From contig NC_043014.1 of assembly GCF_006345805.1 (NCBI RefSeq), positions 51,026,001-51,090,000 on the forward strand: a stretch of DNA of 64,000 nt, given 5' to 3'. Source of the stretch: Octopus sinensis. Lineage: Eukaryota. This document shows, in pieces, positions 12,724 through 26,802 of the stretch (its first letter is position 1; every line of letters starts with the position of its first letter). Both the position numbers and the translations under genes were made by a program. The notes under the pieces are model-generated. The model ran no database searches. It had not been told where the DNA came from and was given only the letters and a program-made list of their open reading frames with translations.

Positions 12724-13416
12724 GAGTGAGAGAACAGTTCATGCCATCAAAGTGACACTGGGGTAAAATATACGAAGCCCAATATACCCATCATGACTAC
12801 CCGTCTGATAAAGGTACACCAGGCACATGCATCACAACCATATGTGCGCGACATGGTGATCTCATATCAAGATAAACAGCACATGACCTTGCAGGTGGGG
12901 CCCAGTTAGAATTTTCTTCAGGTTGAGTAACCCATCCCGCTCAAACGGTCCCTGAATAAGGGTTGTTTAAAGATGTTGAAAGAACCACCCATGTTTCCAG
13001 AGGTGAACTATTCAAACCCCAAAGAATCCCTCTCAACACATGGCTATGATGCTCCCCCACTACTTCTGCTCGTGATCAGAGATGCACATATCGTCAGCCA
13101 CTAAGGGACATGCTCAACTGGTTAAGGTCAAACAACTGACAAGCAAATCTGTGGTATTGAGCAGAATATTTGCTGTAGCCCATCTTTTATACCAAGACAA
13201 AACAATGTACATGATAACACTTCCAATCAGTTAAGATCAGAAGCCATGAGAGCCACTGCCTGGTACTGCATCAGGGCATTGCCTGGTACTGCATCAGGGC
13301 ATTGCCTGGTACTGCATCAGGGCATTGCCTGGTACTGCATCAGGGCATTTACCTGGTACTGCATCAGGGCATTGCCTGGTACTGCATCAGGGCATTGCCT
13401 GGTACTGCATCAGGGC
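12724..13416 (-). mobile_element. ~690 bp non-coding insert in the same (TAA)n tract, probable non-autonomous retroelement
   Basis: Sharp boundaries with (ATT)n on both sides and no credible ORF. Orientation is inferred by analogy with the adjacent element. Confidence 0.65.
13258..13416. repeat. 23 bp tandem repeat, 7 copies (GCCTGGTACTGCATCAGGGCATT)
   Basis: Units at 13258, 13281, 13304, 13327, 13351, 13374 and 13397; no spacers. Confidence 0.97.
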
Positions 13417-13516
<100 letters not shown>

Positions 13517-14082
13517 CTTATATATACACACATATATAATTATGTATACATATATTCATGTGTAGAGACATCGTGTACGTTTGTAGACGTGTGTGTGTGT
13601 TAGATATATATATAAATACACAGATTTACATACATGTGCATGCAAATATGTATTATATACACACCATACTGATAACTGCATACATCGGAAGATATCGTTA
13701 TTGATATTATTTCAAAATGTGTTTTACTGAGTACAAACATTATCCGATATACAACAATCCCTTTGGAAGAGAAAAAAAACATAAAATATACCACAGTCGA
13801 CAGAGTACTCTGGGATTAGCCTAAACACACACTAGATTACCGACTTTTGTATCCATAAACATACATAACATCCTATGTACATCCATCCATCCATTATTAC
13901 GCACTTTTATTCATATATTCGTACACATAGACATGAAATTAGGGCAGTGGTATTACATTTAATCCTTCATTTGAATATATCAATACATATGGAATGTTGA
14001 GCATGGGACCATTAGCTCCGTATAATAGAGATTGATCCATACGTTTGTATGTGCATGTCTGTGTGCGTTTATATATAAATAT

Positions 14083-14118
<36 letters not shown>

Positions 14119-14407
14119 AATTTATATATATGTGTTGTATAGATAATCTGTATATATAAACGCACAACTACAAATTCAAAATCACTCACACACTCATGTA
14201 TACATGCTTTCACTCTACCACATGAAACGACACACAAATGTAATATACAGAAAATGTGATTCTTCAGAAAACAAGAACGCATGAAAGTATATTAGATGTT
14301 ATAAGATTATAAGATTAAAAAAATATAAATATTTACGCACACAGACACACACACACAAACATATTCGCACACACACACACACAGAAATACACCCACAAAC
14401 ACACACA

Positions 14408-14439
<32 letters not shown>

Positions 14440-14440
<1 letters not shown>

Positions 14441-14586
14441 CAACGGGCATCTCTCAGTTTCCGTCTACCAAATCCTCTCTTAAGGCTTTGGTCTTGCCTA
14501 GGCTGTATTAGAAAACACAGTGGGACTGAACCCGCAACCATGTGGTTGGTAGGCAAATTACTCACCACAAAGCCACGCCTGCACCT
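14440..14586 (-). mobile_element. SINE family A, 5' part
   Basis: CAGTTTCCGTCTACCAAATCC...GGGACTGAACCC...CCACGCCTGCACC. Confidence 0.82.
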
Positions 14587-14635
14587 ATATATAAACATAT
14601 ATATATAAACATATATATATATATATAGATATATA

Positions 14636-14681
<46 letters not shown>

Positions 14682-15300
14682 TATGTATGTATAAATAAAT
14701 AATATATAAATAAATAATATATATGCATGCCTCCTCGCATACACACACATTCACACATATACAAGCATACAGTCATATACATACATGGATATTATACATT
14801 TCAATCTGTTTGTAATTTTGTATTGCAATCTTTGCCATGAAAACGAAAATAAACTGTAATTCAATCAAATTTTCGTAAACCATAAGAAATTTGGTGTACA
14901 CATTAATGTGATCGAATATACACACATACATATGTATACACGCACACAACCATACTCACACAACAAACACACAAACACTCTCATATATAGGATTTCTTAC
15001 TACACACATACATACACGCAAATATATATATGCATATGTATATATGAATTTATGTAGATCTACAAATTCATTTTTTATATATAATTAATATTATATATAT
15101 ATATTATTTTTCTTTTCATTCTTCAACTTCTTCTTCTCCTCCTCCTCCTCCTGCTCCTCCTCCTTCTCCTTCATATTCTTCATATTCTTCTTCTTCTTCT
15201 TCTGAATATTATTATTGTTGTTGTTATTATTATCATTATTATTATTATTATTATTATTATATATTATTATTATTATTATCATTATTATTATTATTATTAA

Positions 15301-15337
<37 letters not shown>

Positions 15338-15665
15338 GTTGTTGTTGTTGTTGTTGCTGTTGTTGTTATCATTATTATCATCATCATTATTATTATCATT
15401 ATTATTATTATCATTGTTAAATTCTTCAAGAAAATATCAAAGGATGCGAGAAGATCCGCAACGTCGTCATGTTTTGCAACATCTCTTGTTTGCTCAAAAG
15501 CAGGGCATGCGTTATTGGTAAATAATTGTACAGGAAAATCAATACTTGGAATAAGGAATCTTCTATGCTGTGTGTAACATCTTTCCTCAACTGATCTCAT
15601 TAAACATGCATGAGATTCTTTTTGTCATTTCGTCGTATAAACGCAAAATATTTTCAGAACACCAC

Positions 15666-15702
<37 letters not shown>

Positions 15703-16091
15703 ATATATATCTTGCGCTATTTCTCTTCTCACCGATTGTCAAAAACTTTCATGGAACATTTGAGCGTTATGTTATTCATTCGAGGTTCTCAGCGCATAAT
15801 TGTGTACAGTAGCACGTGACGTAGAGTAGGATTTTCAATAACGTATTAATTTGTTTCCATTTTAAAATTCCGCCAGCGTGTTTGCAAATATTTAATATTA
15901 GTTACGGCGGTTAACTGTTTCACTTCACCACCACCTACTTTCGTGTCTGTTCCCATAACGCTGCCCTATTATGAAAATGTCTCCCAGAATATACACCTAC
16001 CGACTAGTACCTTCAGGAATGTGTGTGAGTGTGTGTATGTATGTGTCTGTGTGCATAGATATACATATGCATATATATGTGTTTATTCGTA

Positions 16092-16127
<36 letters not shown>

Positions 16128-16128
<1 letters not shown>

Positions 16129-16525
16129 TCTTTTATTTGTTTCAGTCATTTGACAGCGGTCATGCTCGAGCACCGCATTTAGTCGAACAAATCGACCCCA
16201 GGACTTATACTTTGTTAGCCTAGTACTTATTCAATCGGTGACTTTTGCCGAACCACAAAGTTACGGGGACGTAAACACACCAATATCGGTTCTCAAGCGA
16301 TGTCGGAGGGACAAAAACACACGCACACACACACACAGATACACACACTCACACACATGTACACACACGCACACATACACCCACACACATATGTATATAT
16401 ATACGACGGGTTTCTTTCTGTTTCCGTCTACCAAATCCACACACAAGGCTTTGGTCGGCCCGAGGCTATAGTAGGAGACGCCCTATGAGACAAGCAGTAG
16501 GAACCCGGAACCATGTGGTTGGTAT
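16128..16525 (-). mobile_element. SINE family A
   Basis: Matches the family A body and partial head. Confidence 0.88.
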
Positions 16526-16616
16526 GCGTTTTGTTGATATATATGTGTCTGTCTGTATGAGAGAGAGAAAGTGTGTGTAAGTACTTATGCTATATAGATG
16601 TATATATATATGTATG

Positions 16617-16696
<80 letters not shown>

Positions 16697-17136
16697 GACA
16701 TATTCACCTTTCACGTCTTGCAAACTGGTGATCAGATCAGAATGGTAATGCTATGGTGCATGAAAAATCTTAGTAATTTTTTTATTACATTGCTTGCATT
16801 CTCAATTTTATAACACACTTCCTTTCCAGTGTTGCCTTCTCTGCTTTTGTTGCACAAAATCAATGATTGACCTAATTATTTCTTCAAAGTGCAGATATCA
16901 TATCAATCAATTAATATTTCTTCGCTAACTAGCTTATTTACTTTAGCACCTGATATAGCGATTCTTCAAAGCTGGAAACGTATGTTTGTACACTTGTTCA
17001 CTCGGAGAATCATTTGGAGTAAGACAACAGCAATATCAATCATTTTGATCAACTTTTAAGTAATCAATGACTCCGTGCATGTTTTCAACTCAAAACTTAA
17101 AGGAAGGATTACATACATTGCAAATCACAATAGTGT

Positions 17137-17443
17137 GGAGGCTCGTGGCATAGTGACTAGAGCAGCGGACCTCGCGGTCGAGCGATCGCGGATTCGAATC
17201 TCAGACCGGACAATGTGTGTGTTTATGAGCCAAACGCCTAATCTCTACCCGGCTCCGGCAGAAGGTAATGGCGAACTTCTGCTGACTCTTCCGCCATAAC
17301 TTTCTCTCAGTCTTTCTTCCTGCATCTTGCAGCTCACCTGCGACGGACCGGCGTCCCGTCCAGGTGGGGAACCTATACGCAAAAGGAAACCGGGGAACCG
17401 ACCCTTATGAGTCAGGCATGGCTCGGAAAGGAACAAACAACAA
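17137..17443 (+). mobile_element. tRNA-derived SINE family C
   Basis: GGAGGCTCGTGGCATAGTGACTAGAGCAGCGGAC...GGATTCGAATCTC head; body homologous to 27587-27870 (-); (AAC)-like tail. Confidence 0.82.
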
Positions 17444-18257
17444 AATCACAAGAGGGACTTACCGATATTACCAATACCCAAGGTGACGAGCAAATAGAAT
17501 CCTTACTACTTCGGAGAAAATGCTTAGCAATATTTCGTTCTTTGCACCCTGAGTTCGAATTCTACCGAGATCGACTTTACATTTCAACCTTTCGGTGTCG
17601 ATAAAGCAAGTTCCAGGTAAGCATTGGGGGTTGCCATAATCGAATTACCTCTTCCCCCAAATTGCTGACCTTGTACGAAAATTTACAAACAATATCAACG
17701 ATCCCACACACTCGTATATAGATAAAATAATGCATTATGAGATGTTATTAAATTTAGAACAAATTATTTTTGCGCAATTTTAATCACCCCGTATAAATTT
17801 GTTTAAATTAATTACTAACGAAGTCCTATCTTATTAAATTTTGTCACGCGTCTAAATTTAGGTGGAAAATTATTATTAATGATTTTTCTGATATAAGTTT
17901 TGGTATATAATATGAGCCAGCAGTGATTCATTTGCAAAGTCAATAAAATTTTGTACATGAATGTTTTTCACTTTTGTACATAATGGCAGCTTCATATATA
18001 ATTGTACGACCGATAGGTTTGCTAAGGTATGTTGTCATTGAAAGCGTATGAATACACTGTTCTCTAGATTTTGCCTCTGAGTAAAAGAGAGAGAGAAGTG
18101 AGGGAGATATAACGTGTGAGTGGTGCGTGAATGTGTCTATCTCTATGTGTATTGTAGAAAGAATAATGAGGGAGAGAATATCGATGGCGGTGGGAGAGAG
18201 AATTTTAGAGAAAACTTGTGTTTGTTGTTGGAGAGTGTGTATGGTGTGTGATGATTT

Positions 18258-18487
18258 GTTTCCTTACTACCCACTAGGAGCTAAACACAGAGAGGAAAAA
18301 CAAGGACTGACAAACGGATTAAGTGGATTATATCGAACCCAGTGCGTAACTGGTACTTAATCTATCGACCCCGAAAGGATGAAAGGCAAAGTCAACCTCG
18401 GCGGAATTTGAACTCAGAACGTAGCGGCAGACGAAATACCGCGTAGCATTTCGCCCGGCGTGCTAACGTTTCTGCCAGCTCGCCGCC
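18258..18487 (-). mobile_element. SINE family B with target-site duplication
   Basis: Flanked by TATGGTGTGT(G/T)ATGATTT on both sides. Confidence 0.92.
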
Positions 18488-20469
18488 TATGGTGTGTTAT
18501 GATTTCGGTAGTAGTCGGTTTGCATGGCTCTGTTCTTCGTCAAAACACTGGTTTCATTTTGCATTTTACTCTCATGGAATTTAAGCAGTTAGAGCTGATG
18601 GTGGTGGATTGATGATGTGATTAGAACCTGCTGCAATTTGCCAACATCAAAAACTTCTTAGAAACTGCGTGGAACATTATGACAGATGGTGCCAGAAGAC
18701 TGAGAATTTCTTGACACACTGTATTGTTCAGAATAGAAGTAAGAATATGAGATATATGAAATAAGTTAAAGTAAATTGCATGGCATTTATGTTATTTTCT
18801 AATTATCTGCGTGGGTAATATAACTTCATCTATATGCCTAGTGTTGATAAGAAGCATTTCAGAAAATTATAACTCCTTTTCGCAAAGGAGAGGAATTTAA
18901 ATCAGCTTACGCTGGAGTTTAAAGGTTATTTCATAATTGCTATTTACATAACATCTGTTCGAGTCACCACATAAATATTTCTAAAAATGTTTTTATTTAC
19001 TCGCTTGAGGTGTGCGCACTTTGCTATTACCTGCCAAGGAAAAGAGATCAAGACAAAGGAAGCAATTAGAACAGCTTATACAGTCGCATTAACTGGAAAT
19101 AAATTGTTTTCTTCCTAATAACATGGAGAAATGCATATGAAATCTGTTCCTTGCTGAAGTCAATTATATTATGGCACAGAGCTAACGCAATCGGAAAATG
19201 TCAGATAATGCTGAAGGATATTTGAGGTTTTTAACCCTGTTTTTACTCAATCTCTCAGGAGATAATCATTTATCTTCACACGCAAATATAATGCTTCTTA
19301 CCAATGAAGGACATCTTTAGATTGGTTTCGTTTTGTCTATTATTCTGATTAGATAACAAAATTATCTTCATTATATTAAGAGTTCGTAAATACATTGGAA
19401 TACAGTGGATTGCTAGTATATAATTAGTTACCCTCTAAACAATACTGACTTCAAATGCTGACAGGCTTAATCATTCCAATAATTTAACTATGGTCAGTCA
19501 AATTATACACCAGAAACCATTACGCTGTTATTAAGATATCTACCACAATAGGAAAGATCTAAAACTGATAAATTAATGTTATATACAAACAACACTGTCA
19601 AACTTGCACGTTGGAAATACAACCTTCTGTTATTTAAAACTAGTCGTTAAATCGCCATTGCTGCTTTCAAATTTCAGCGTATTTCTCAAAAAATTTTATT
19701 TTAAAATCCCGATATTTACTTTTCATATCTATGTTTTTTTTTTTTATATATAAACTTCGTTCGTTTCATCCCTTCTTCATGATATTCTTCAAGTTCTTTT
19801 TGCTTTCTTTCTCAGGACTTGAATTTCAGAGTCTGGGGCATTAACATTTTCGTCCACAGTTTGTTATTTACCTCCTGTGCAGGCTCAACCCAAGCATTTT
19901 TCAGCAATAACATAAAATTTAACTCCTTCATTTAGCTTCATGTGTTCTCGGGTTCCTTTCGTTATATTATAAACTTACATGGTTACATGAAGTATATTAC
20001 ATTCATGCACATGTTGGGATGTTCTTAACTTGATTGCTAAAACTATTCTGTCTAAAATCAAACGAATATTTTGAAGCGAATCATTAACAGCATTTATTTT
20101 ATCCTACATACGTCTATTATCGGCGCCTTGTGGGTAAAAAAGATATTCAACGCAAGCGGTGGTGCCAGGAAGAATGTAAAATGGAAAAATAATTGCAAAA
20201 CTTTAAATCTTGCAAAATCAAATGTCGCAGATTAATGTTCATGCAACTCAACTATTTCAATGCTAATACGAATATAATTACAGTTTATATTTTAGAATTA
20301 GCTTCGTTAATGTTTAATCACTTTGTTGTTCTAGTCCATGGGCCATGGTTATGCGTATATTCTGTTGCTGATCCTATTGCATAACTTCGTCTATGATTGG
20401 TGATTCTTACTAAAGAAAAAACGTTATATAATCAAGAAACAAGACTCAGCATGTGTATGTACAAATATT

Positions 20470-20522
<53 letters not shown>

Positions 20523-21203
20523 ATATATATATATATATATATACATGTTTGTGTGTGTGCACCATTGGATTAATTATTAAGCAAAATAAGCAGATGCTTA
20601 GGGCATCACACGAAGCGGAGGCACCACAGAAATGGTAAATGTTTTACGGCACAAAGAAAACGCATTAAACTTGCTATAATAGTGTTCGAACTGGTTTGGA
20701 TGAGTGGAAATATAATTTCAAAGTGTTCGTGGCGATGATCGGATCGAAGACTTTCCAATTTAAAACAAACAGAAAAACCTTTCAAATATATGTAAAATGT
20801 AAGTGTAGAAAAATAATATTATTTTCCATCTTACTGTTAGTTCTTTCTCATTTAAAAAAAAAATTTAATTTATCATATGACTATTACTGTATATATATTG
20901 ACTTACATATATATGGGGGAACCAAAATCTTTAAAGTGCTTAGGGCCTTTATGCGTCTTAATCCGGCCCTGTGTGTGAGTGTTTGTGTGTGTGTGCGCTC
21001 GCGCTCACGTGTAACTATGTATGTATACATATATATATATATATATATAATATAATATATATATATACATACAGCGAAAGGGAGAGAGGGGGAGAGGGAC
21101 AGAAAGAGGAATATGAAAGAGGGCCAATTAAAATCGGATCTTATCAAAGTGAATCACACTACACGAACGCGTACACACACGTACACACATGTATACACAC
21201 ATG

Positions 21204-21275
<72 letters not shown>

Positions 21276-21318
21276 TGTGTGTGTGTGTGTGTGTCTGTGT
21301 GTTTATATATATATATAA

Positions 21319-21422
21319 GTTAAACAGGACGTCAAGAATTCAGGCAAAGCAAATATTTCAAGTCATGTATAATATTAAAGGAATATTGTATATGACCTGA
21401 GATGTTTGACGTCCAGTTTAAC
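21319..21422. repeat. Imperfect fold-back hairpin (~104 bp)
   Basis: GTTAAACAGGACGTCAA...TTGACGTCCAGTTTAAC outer arms; CAAATATTTCAAGTCATGTATAATATT / AATATTGTATATGACCTGAGATGTTTG inner arms. Confidence 0.8.
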
Positions 21423-21638
21423 AATTATATATCCGCTGCATCGGAAATCTGCAATGTCTCTAGAACTACCATCACTCGGCAATAACTTCGGAGCCCCAGT
21501 AATCCGTTACAACACTTACCTAGGGTACCTAATCGTTTAGATCACTTGTGAACTAACCCCCATATCTTGTATACCTACATACATACATACATACATACAT
21601 ACATACATACATACATACATACATACACACACACACAT

Positions 21639-21710
<72 letters not shown>

Positions 21711-21770
21711 ATACATATATATTATATATAATATATATATATATAATATATAATATATATATATATATAT

Positions 21771-21805
<35 letters not shown>

Positions 21806-21860
21806 ATAGAAAGAGCTTCTACAGGACTAGAACCGATTCATTCAAATGAAATCATCAGGA

Positions 21861-21911
21861 AGCTTCCTGATGATTTCATTTGAATGAAACAGTTCTAGTC
21901 ATGTAGAAGCT
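21861..21911 (+). ncRNA. Type I hammerhead ribozyme motif inside a 116 bp palindrome
   Basis: AGCTTC-CTGATGA-tTTCAttTGAAt-GAAACA-gttctagtca-TGTA/GAAGCT: 6 bp stem I, intact CUGANGA and GAAA core, GUA cleavage triplet at 21903-21905. Confidence 0.75.
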
Positions 21912-22007
21912 CCTTCTATAAAAGAAATTAATTTACTCTGCTATGTATTGAGTACCTTATTTACTGCGGTTAACCCCGACTCAACCCGGGACCTACATAT
22001 ATATATG

Positions 22008-22061
<54 letters not shown>

Positions 22062-24603
22062 ATGTATGTATATATATATACACATATACATATACATATA
22101 TACAGACACACACACAAAGAGAGAAGAAGAGAGAGAGAGATATGAAAGAACTAAGGTATGTAACTCGTGAAACGGTTTTATAATAGAGGCCTTACAACGA
22201 ACATTCATTTAAAAGGAATACGTGGTTAATGATTTCTCGTAGCAGCCAGCGCAGGTCCTCAATTTTGCACCGGATGTGTGTAGTCATGTAAATCAATAGA
22301 CAACAAAAGTGTTTCCTGTCCGCTTATCGCCCGCAGCAAAAGAAGTCAATATCGGACTCCAATAGGATTTCAAAACAAAAGGAAAAGAAAGAAAGGAAAA
22401 AAATAAGCAGAAAACGAAACAGAAATCAAACAAAAGAATCGTTACTTTATTTATCGATGTTCGTTTTCATAATGCATATAACGCACAATAGTTTCGTTGG
22501 TTAAAGTTCTCCATTGAGCTAATCAGTTTTATAACAAGTTGCCGTCTCTTTGACTTGGACGGAAAGCTTACTGCGTCCATTTATTTTAACAGGTAAACGC
22601 TTTTTACCTCGCCAGGCTGTTATCGATCCAATGTGTAGACTTATACACACGCACACAAACACATGCACACATACATACACACACAAACATAAACAAACGC
22701 ATGCATATGTACAGGAACACATGCACATGTGTATACACACACAAACATACGCACCTTCATTCACACACAAGCACAAACATACACACGTAAATATATGATT
22801 TCAATAGAACAAGAATTCATCTACTATGGCAAAATCTACGGCCGTGTGTGACTTTCTGTATGTAAATGCACATCACTGCCCCTCTGAGTTACTCCACTTC
22901 ACTCATTTTTATTTTATTTCTGCAAATATACACTGGTTCATATAACCAACTGTTTTTTGTGCATATCTAAGTCTATCGTCGAGTGGAGGTAAGATTGAGC
23001 AAACCACTGTGCTGGTGATGCTTTTCAATGTAGCCCTGAGCGAGACCAGTGCCTTGCGAGTGAATGTGGTGGGCGGAAACCTTTCGAGGTCGACTTTGCC
23101 TTTCATCCTTTCGGTGTCGATAAATTAAGTACCAGTTACGCATTGGGTCCGATATAATCTACTTAATCCCTTTGTCTGTCCTTGTTTGTCCCGTCTATGT
23201 TTAGTCCCTTGTGGGCAATAAAGAAATAGAAAACTTTGAGGGGAGACGGACGTACACACACACATACATATATGCATATATGTGTGTATGAGCGTGTGTG
23301 TATATATGCATGTGCGTATGTATAAATTCACTACCCTTCAGCTAGCCTCCAACTAAAAGCACATTAGTAGCTGAATATTCACAACACACTTCAATGAACA
23401 CCCAAACACACTTTTATAGCAACTCACTTGCAGAGGTACATTTACACACACATCTCAGACATTGCAAATAGTGACACCGTTTCACTCAGACATGTAGCCA
23501 CATCCACACACACACACACACACTCACACATATATACATATATTTGTGTATGAGTGTGTATGTATATATGCATGTATGTATGCATGAATACAGGTATGTA
23601 TTTGTCTGTGTGTGTGCCTTTCTGTGTTCCCTTCACGAGCGCCACCACTTGGCAATTTCTCTTGCTTGCTTTATGTCTACGTAACATAGCGGTTCGGTAA
23701 GAGCAACCGATAAATTAAATACCAGTCAGTAAAATATATAGTGGTGCTAGTCTGTTCGTCTAAAAGACACTTCGATGTGGTGTTCCAGCAGTGGCGAAGT
23801 CCAGCGACTGTTACAAATAAAAAATAAAAAAAATTGATAAAACATGAAATCATGTGACTTAATATATTGGAAATTATTAAGTTTCTGAAAATCAATTTCG
23901 TCCGCAATTTCTCACAACATTAAAATATAATTTTAACTTTATTAAAAGAAATATCCATCAGCGTAACTGGTGACTTGAAACTTAAACAACTTTTAAATTA
24001 ATTATATTTTATCATATTACTTATTAAATTCCTGTTTCGCTCTCTCCAGGTGTTTTCGCATGTTCTATAAAAGATATTTTTGCGGCAATTATCCGAACGT
24101 ATTTGAAAGGACATAAACGGAAATTTTCCAAATATAAAAGTTTATTACGATAATGTTAAATAGATTAGAGAACACATTTGTTTAATGGAAACATTTTTCA
24201 ATTTGTTGATGAGAGATTAAAAAAAAAAATAAAAGTATGTAACAGCACTTTCCATATTTACAGGTGGCTGTGTAGTCGAGAAACATTATTGAAATTATTG
24301 TACGAGATAGAAAGGAAAAAGGAAAAAAAAATAGCAAGCGTTGTTGAGATGAGCCAACCAGATGCGAATGGCTGAAACGAATGATATCAATCATCTTATA
24401 GCAGCGTTCTGCTTTGCTTTCGCGGTCCCTCATATATTCTATAGTTGTTGGACTTAACTACCAACAAGTCTGTCAAACCGTTTTGAAATAACGTGTTACT
24501 GAGTTTACTAAGTGGCATAAATTTAGATAATTCCAGCCTTCTCTACCTCTAGATCTATAGCAAAGATACCTCGAGTACACTGGTGGTTTTATACAATATA
24601 TTA

Positions 24604-24835
24604 AAGCGGCGAGCTGGCAGAAACGTTAGCACGCCGGGCGAAATGCGTAGCCGTATTTCGGCTGCCGTTACGTTCTGAATTCAAATTCCGCCGAGGTCGA
24701 CTTTGCCTTTCATCCTTTCGGGGTCGATTAAATAAGTACCAGTTACGCACTGGGGTCGATGTAATCGACTTAATCCGTTTGTCTGTCCTTGTTTGTCCTC
24801 TCTGGGTTTAGCCCCTTGTGGATAGTAAAGAACTA
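24604..24835 (+). mobile_element. SINE family B with target-site duplication
   Basis: Consensus match; ATACAAT(A/G)TATTA on both sides. Confidence 0.92.
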
Positions 24836-25280
24836 TATATACAATGTATTACACACGGAATTCAAAATGTACAGCGGAATATATATACGGAATTAAATTA
24901 AATGTTAGTGATTATATCTTTGAAAAGACAATTTGGGGAACACAAGGATTTACAAAATTAAAATAAATTTATATCTTGTGATGTCCGAATTATAGCTGCC
25001 CAATTGTAATCAAGTAACACCCGTTTTCCCAACAGCAACTTAGCAAAACCAATTGAACTTAACAGTCTTTCTGCGTTTTTAAATGATCGAAAGGGGCTCT
25101 TCTCAAAATAAGGTTTCAATAGTCGAACAAGAGGTGCTTTGCAAGACAAATACAACTTCTATATAAAACTGTAAATATTCTGTATATTGATTTTTGGCAG
25201 CAACAATAGTGATGTTTTACATATATCCAAGACTAACAAAGATTGAGTAGTGCAAACTAAATCATATTAGAATAAAATCA

Positions 25281-25563
25281 ATTTGCCAACGTAAAGTGGC
25301 AGTCCTGTTTAGGACCATGTTACTAACACTTTTTAACCCAAGGAAAACATCTTTACCAGCTGGCTACCGATGCACAACTGCGTCCTGATACTTCGAACAA
25401 GGGAGCTAATGTCCCCAATTATGGTCTGCAGGTACGGTCTAAGGCTGAGTGGGGAAATCAGCTCCCTTGTTTGAGGTATAAGGGCGCAGTTGCGCATCGG
25501 TAGCCAGGTGGAAAAGTTGTTTTCCTGAGACTAAAAAAAGGTAGTAACTTTACGTTGGCGAAT
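25281..25563. mobile_element. Fold-back / MITE-like element
   Basis: ATTTGCCAACGTAAAGT...ACTTTACGTTGGCGAAT termini; internal arms CTGGCTACCGATGCACAACTGCG / CGCAGTTGCGCATCGGTAGCCAG and AACAAGGGAGCT / AGCTCCCTTGTT. Confidence 0.82.
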
Positions 25564-25583
25564 AAGTTTTAGTCGGTAGTACC

Positions 25584-25790
25584 TATTTCTTTACTACCCA
25601 CAAGGGGCTACACACAGAGAGGACAAACAAGGACAGACAAACGGATTAAGTCGATTACATCGACCCCATTGCGTAACTGGTACTTAATTCATCGACCCCG
25701 AAAGGATGAAAGGCAAAGTCGACCTCGGCGGAATTTGAACTCAGAACGTAACGTAGCATTTCGCCCGGCGTGCTAACGTTTCTGCCAGTT
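25584..25790 (-). mobile_element. SINE family B with target-site duplication
   Basis: TCGGTAGTACC at 25573-25583 and 25803-25813. Confidence 0.9.
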
Positions 25791-26802
25791 TGTTGTCTTT
25801 ACTCGGTAGTACCGTTACTCATTAGTTCTCACTCAGAGATTTAAAACTACTTGTTTTCCTCTCTATGAGATCTGTGGCTGTGTGCCATTTTAAAAGTATA
25901 TACCTCGGGCAAGGCCTAGTGCCCCCATCTCTAGCTGCCGCCGGAAATTGAACTGATGACTTTACGATCCTGAGCTAATTACACAAACTGCTAAGCCACA
26001 TGCTTTAACAAACATAGATACAGCGCTGACTCTTCTCCCACCGTTGAGTATGGTAGCTCCATGTATGAATTTCAGACACGATATAGTAAAAACATTTATG
26101 ACACGTAATCGAAAACTTTGCCGCTAGAACTGTGCTAAAACTACCCAGTTGTTCTTAGTTTAGGTTTGTTGATGTTTTATGCATTAAGTAAGTTTTCATC
26201 CATTTTAGTCTAATATGAGAGAGCTGTCAACATTTTATATTCACATTAGAGTTAATTACAAATAAATATAGAAAGTCAAACGAAGACTTAATACATATTA
26301 ATAGAATGTTTAAATATTCATCTACTCTCATAAAAAAACAAAACAAAAACAAACAAAACAAATAACCACTCGCCATCATTAGGAAAGTAATAAACAATAT
26401 CATTTTCTTTTTAAATTATTCAATATCGTGATACAGTATGATTAATGTGCTGAGAGAAACAACTAGTTTATTATAAATGGTAACAAATATATAAAGGGAA
26501 AATAATAAAAGAAATGTAGGAAAGAAAAAACAAAATTAAAAAGCAAAAAACAATGATATCTGATTAAAGCATTGCTTTTATATGCATGGAATGGAAATAT
26601 TACAGGTTAATCTCTATCGATATTCTCCTTATAGATAACAATGGAAAAAAGTATTCTGTTCTACCTGGATTATTTATAAAGAATTTTAGTCACTACACTT
26701 TAGTTTCCAGTCCTCGCTCCACATGGAAAACTGATTAATAAGAGCCTCGTTCTGGCACTGCTGCAAATCTTGTCACGAGCCTAATTCAGGGTCTCGTATC
26801 TG

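Noticed and set aside
13258-13416. 23 bp repeats as a CRISPR array
   Set aside because: Repeats are contiguous with no spacers, there are no cas genes, and the context is eukaryotic.
17137-17210. tRNA-like sequences (also 27400-27483, 40486-40560 and the SINE A/B heads) as tRNA genes
   Set aside because: No complete cloverleaf or acceptor stem, and they continue into repeated SINE bodies.
24030-24055. Strong-looking plus-strand acceptors CAG|GT (also ~30902 and ~44372)
   Set aside because: No convincing downstream exon and donor pairing.
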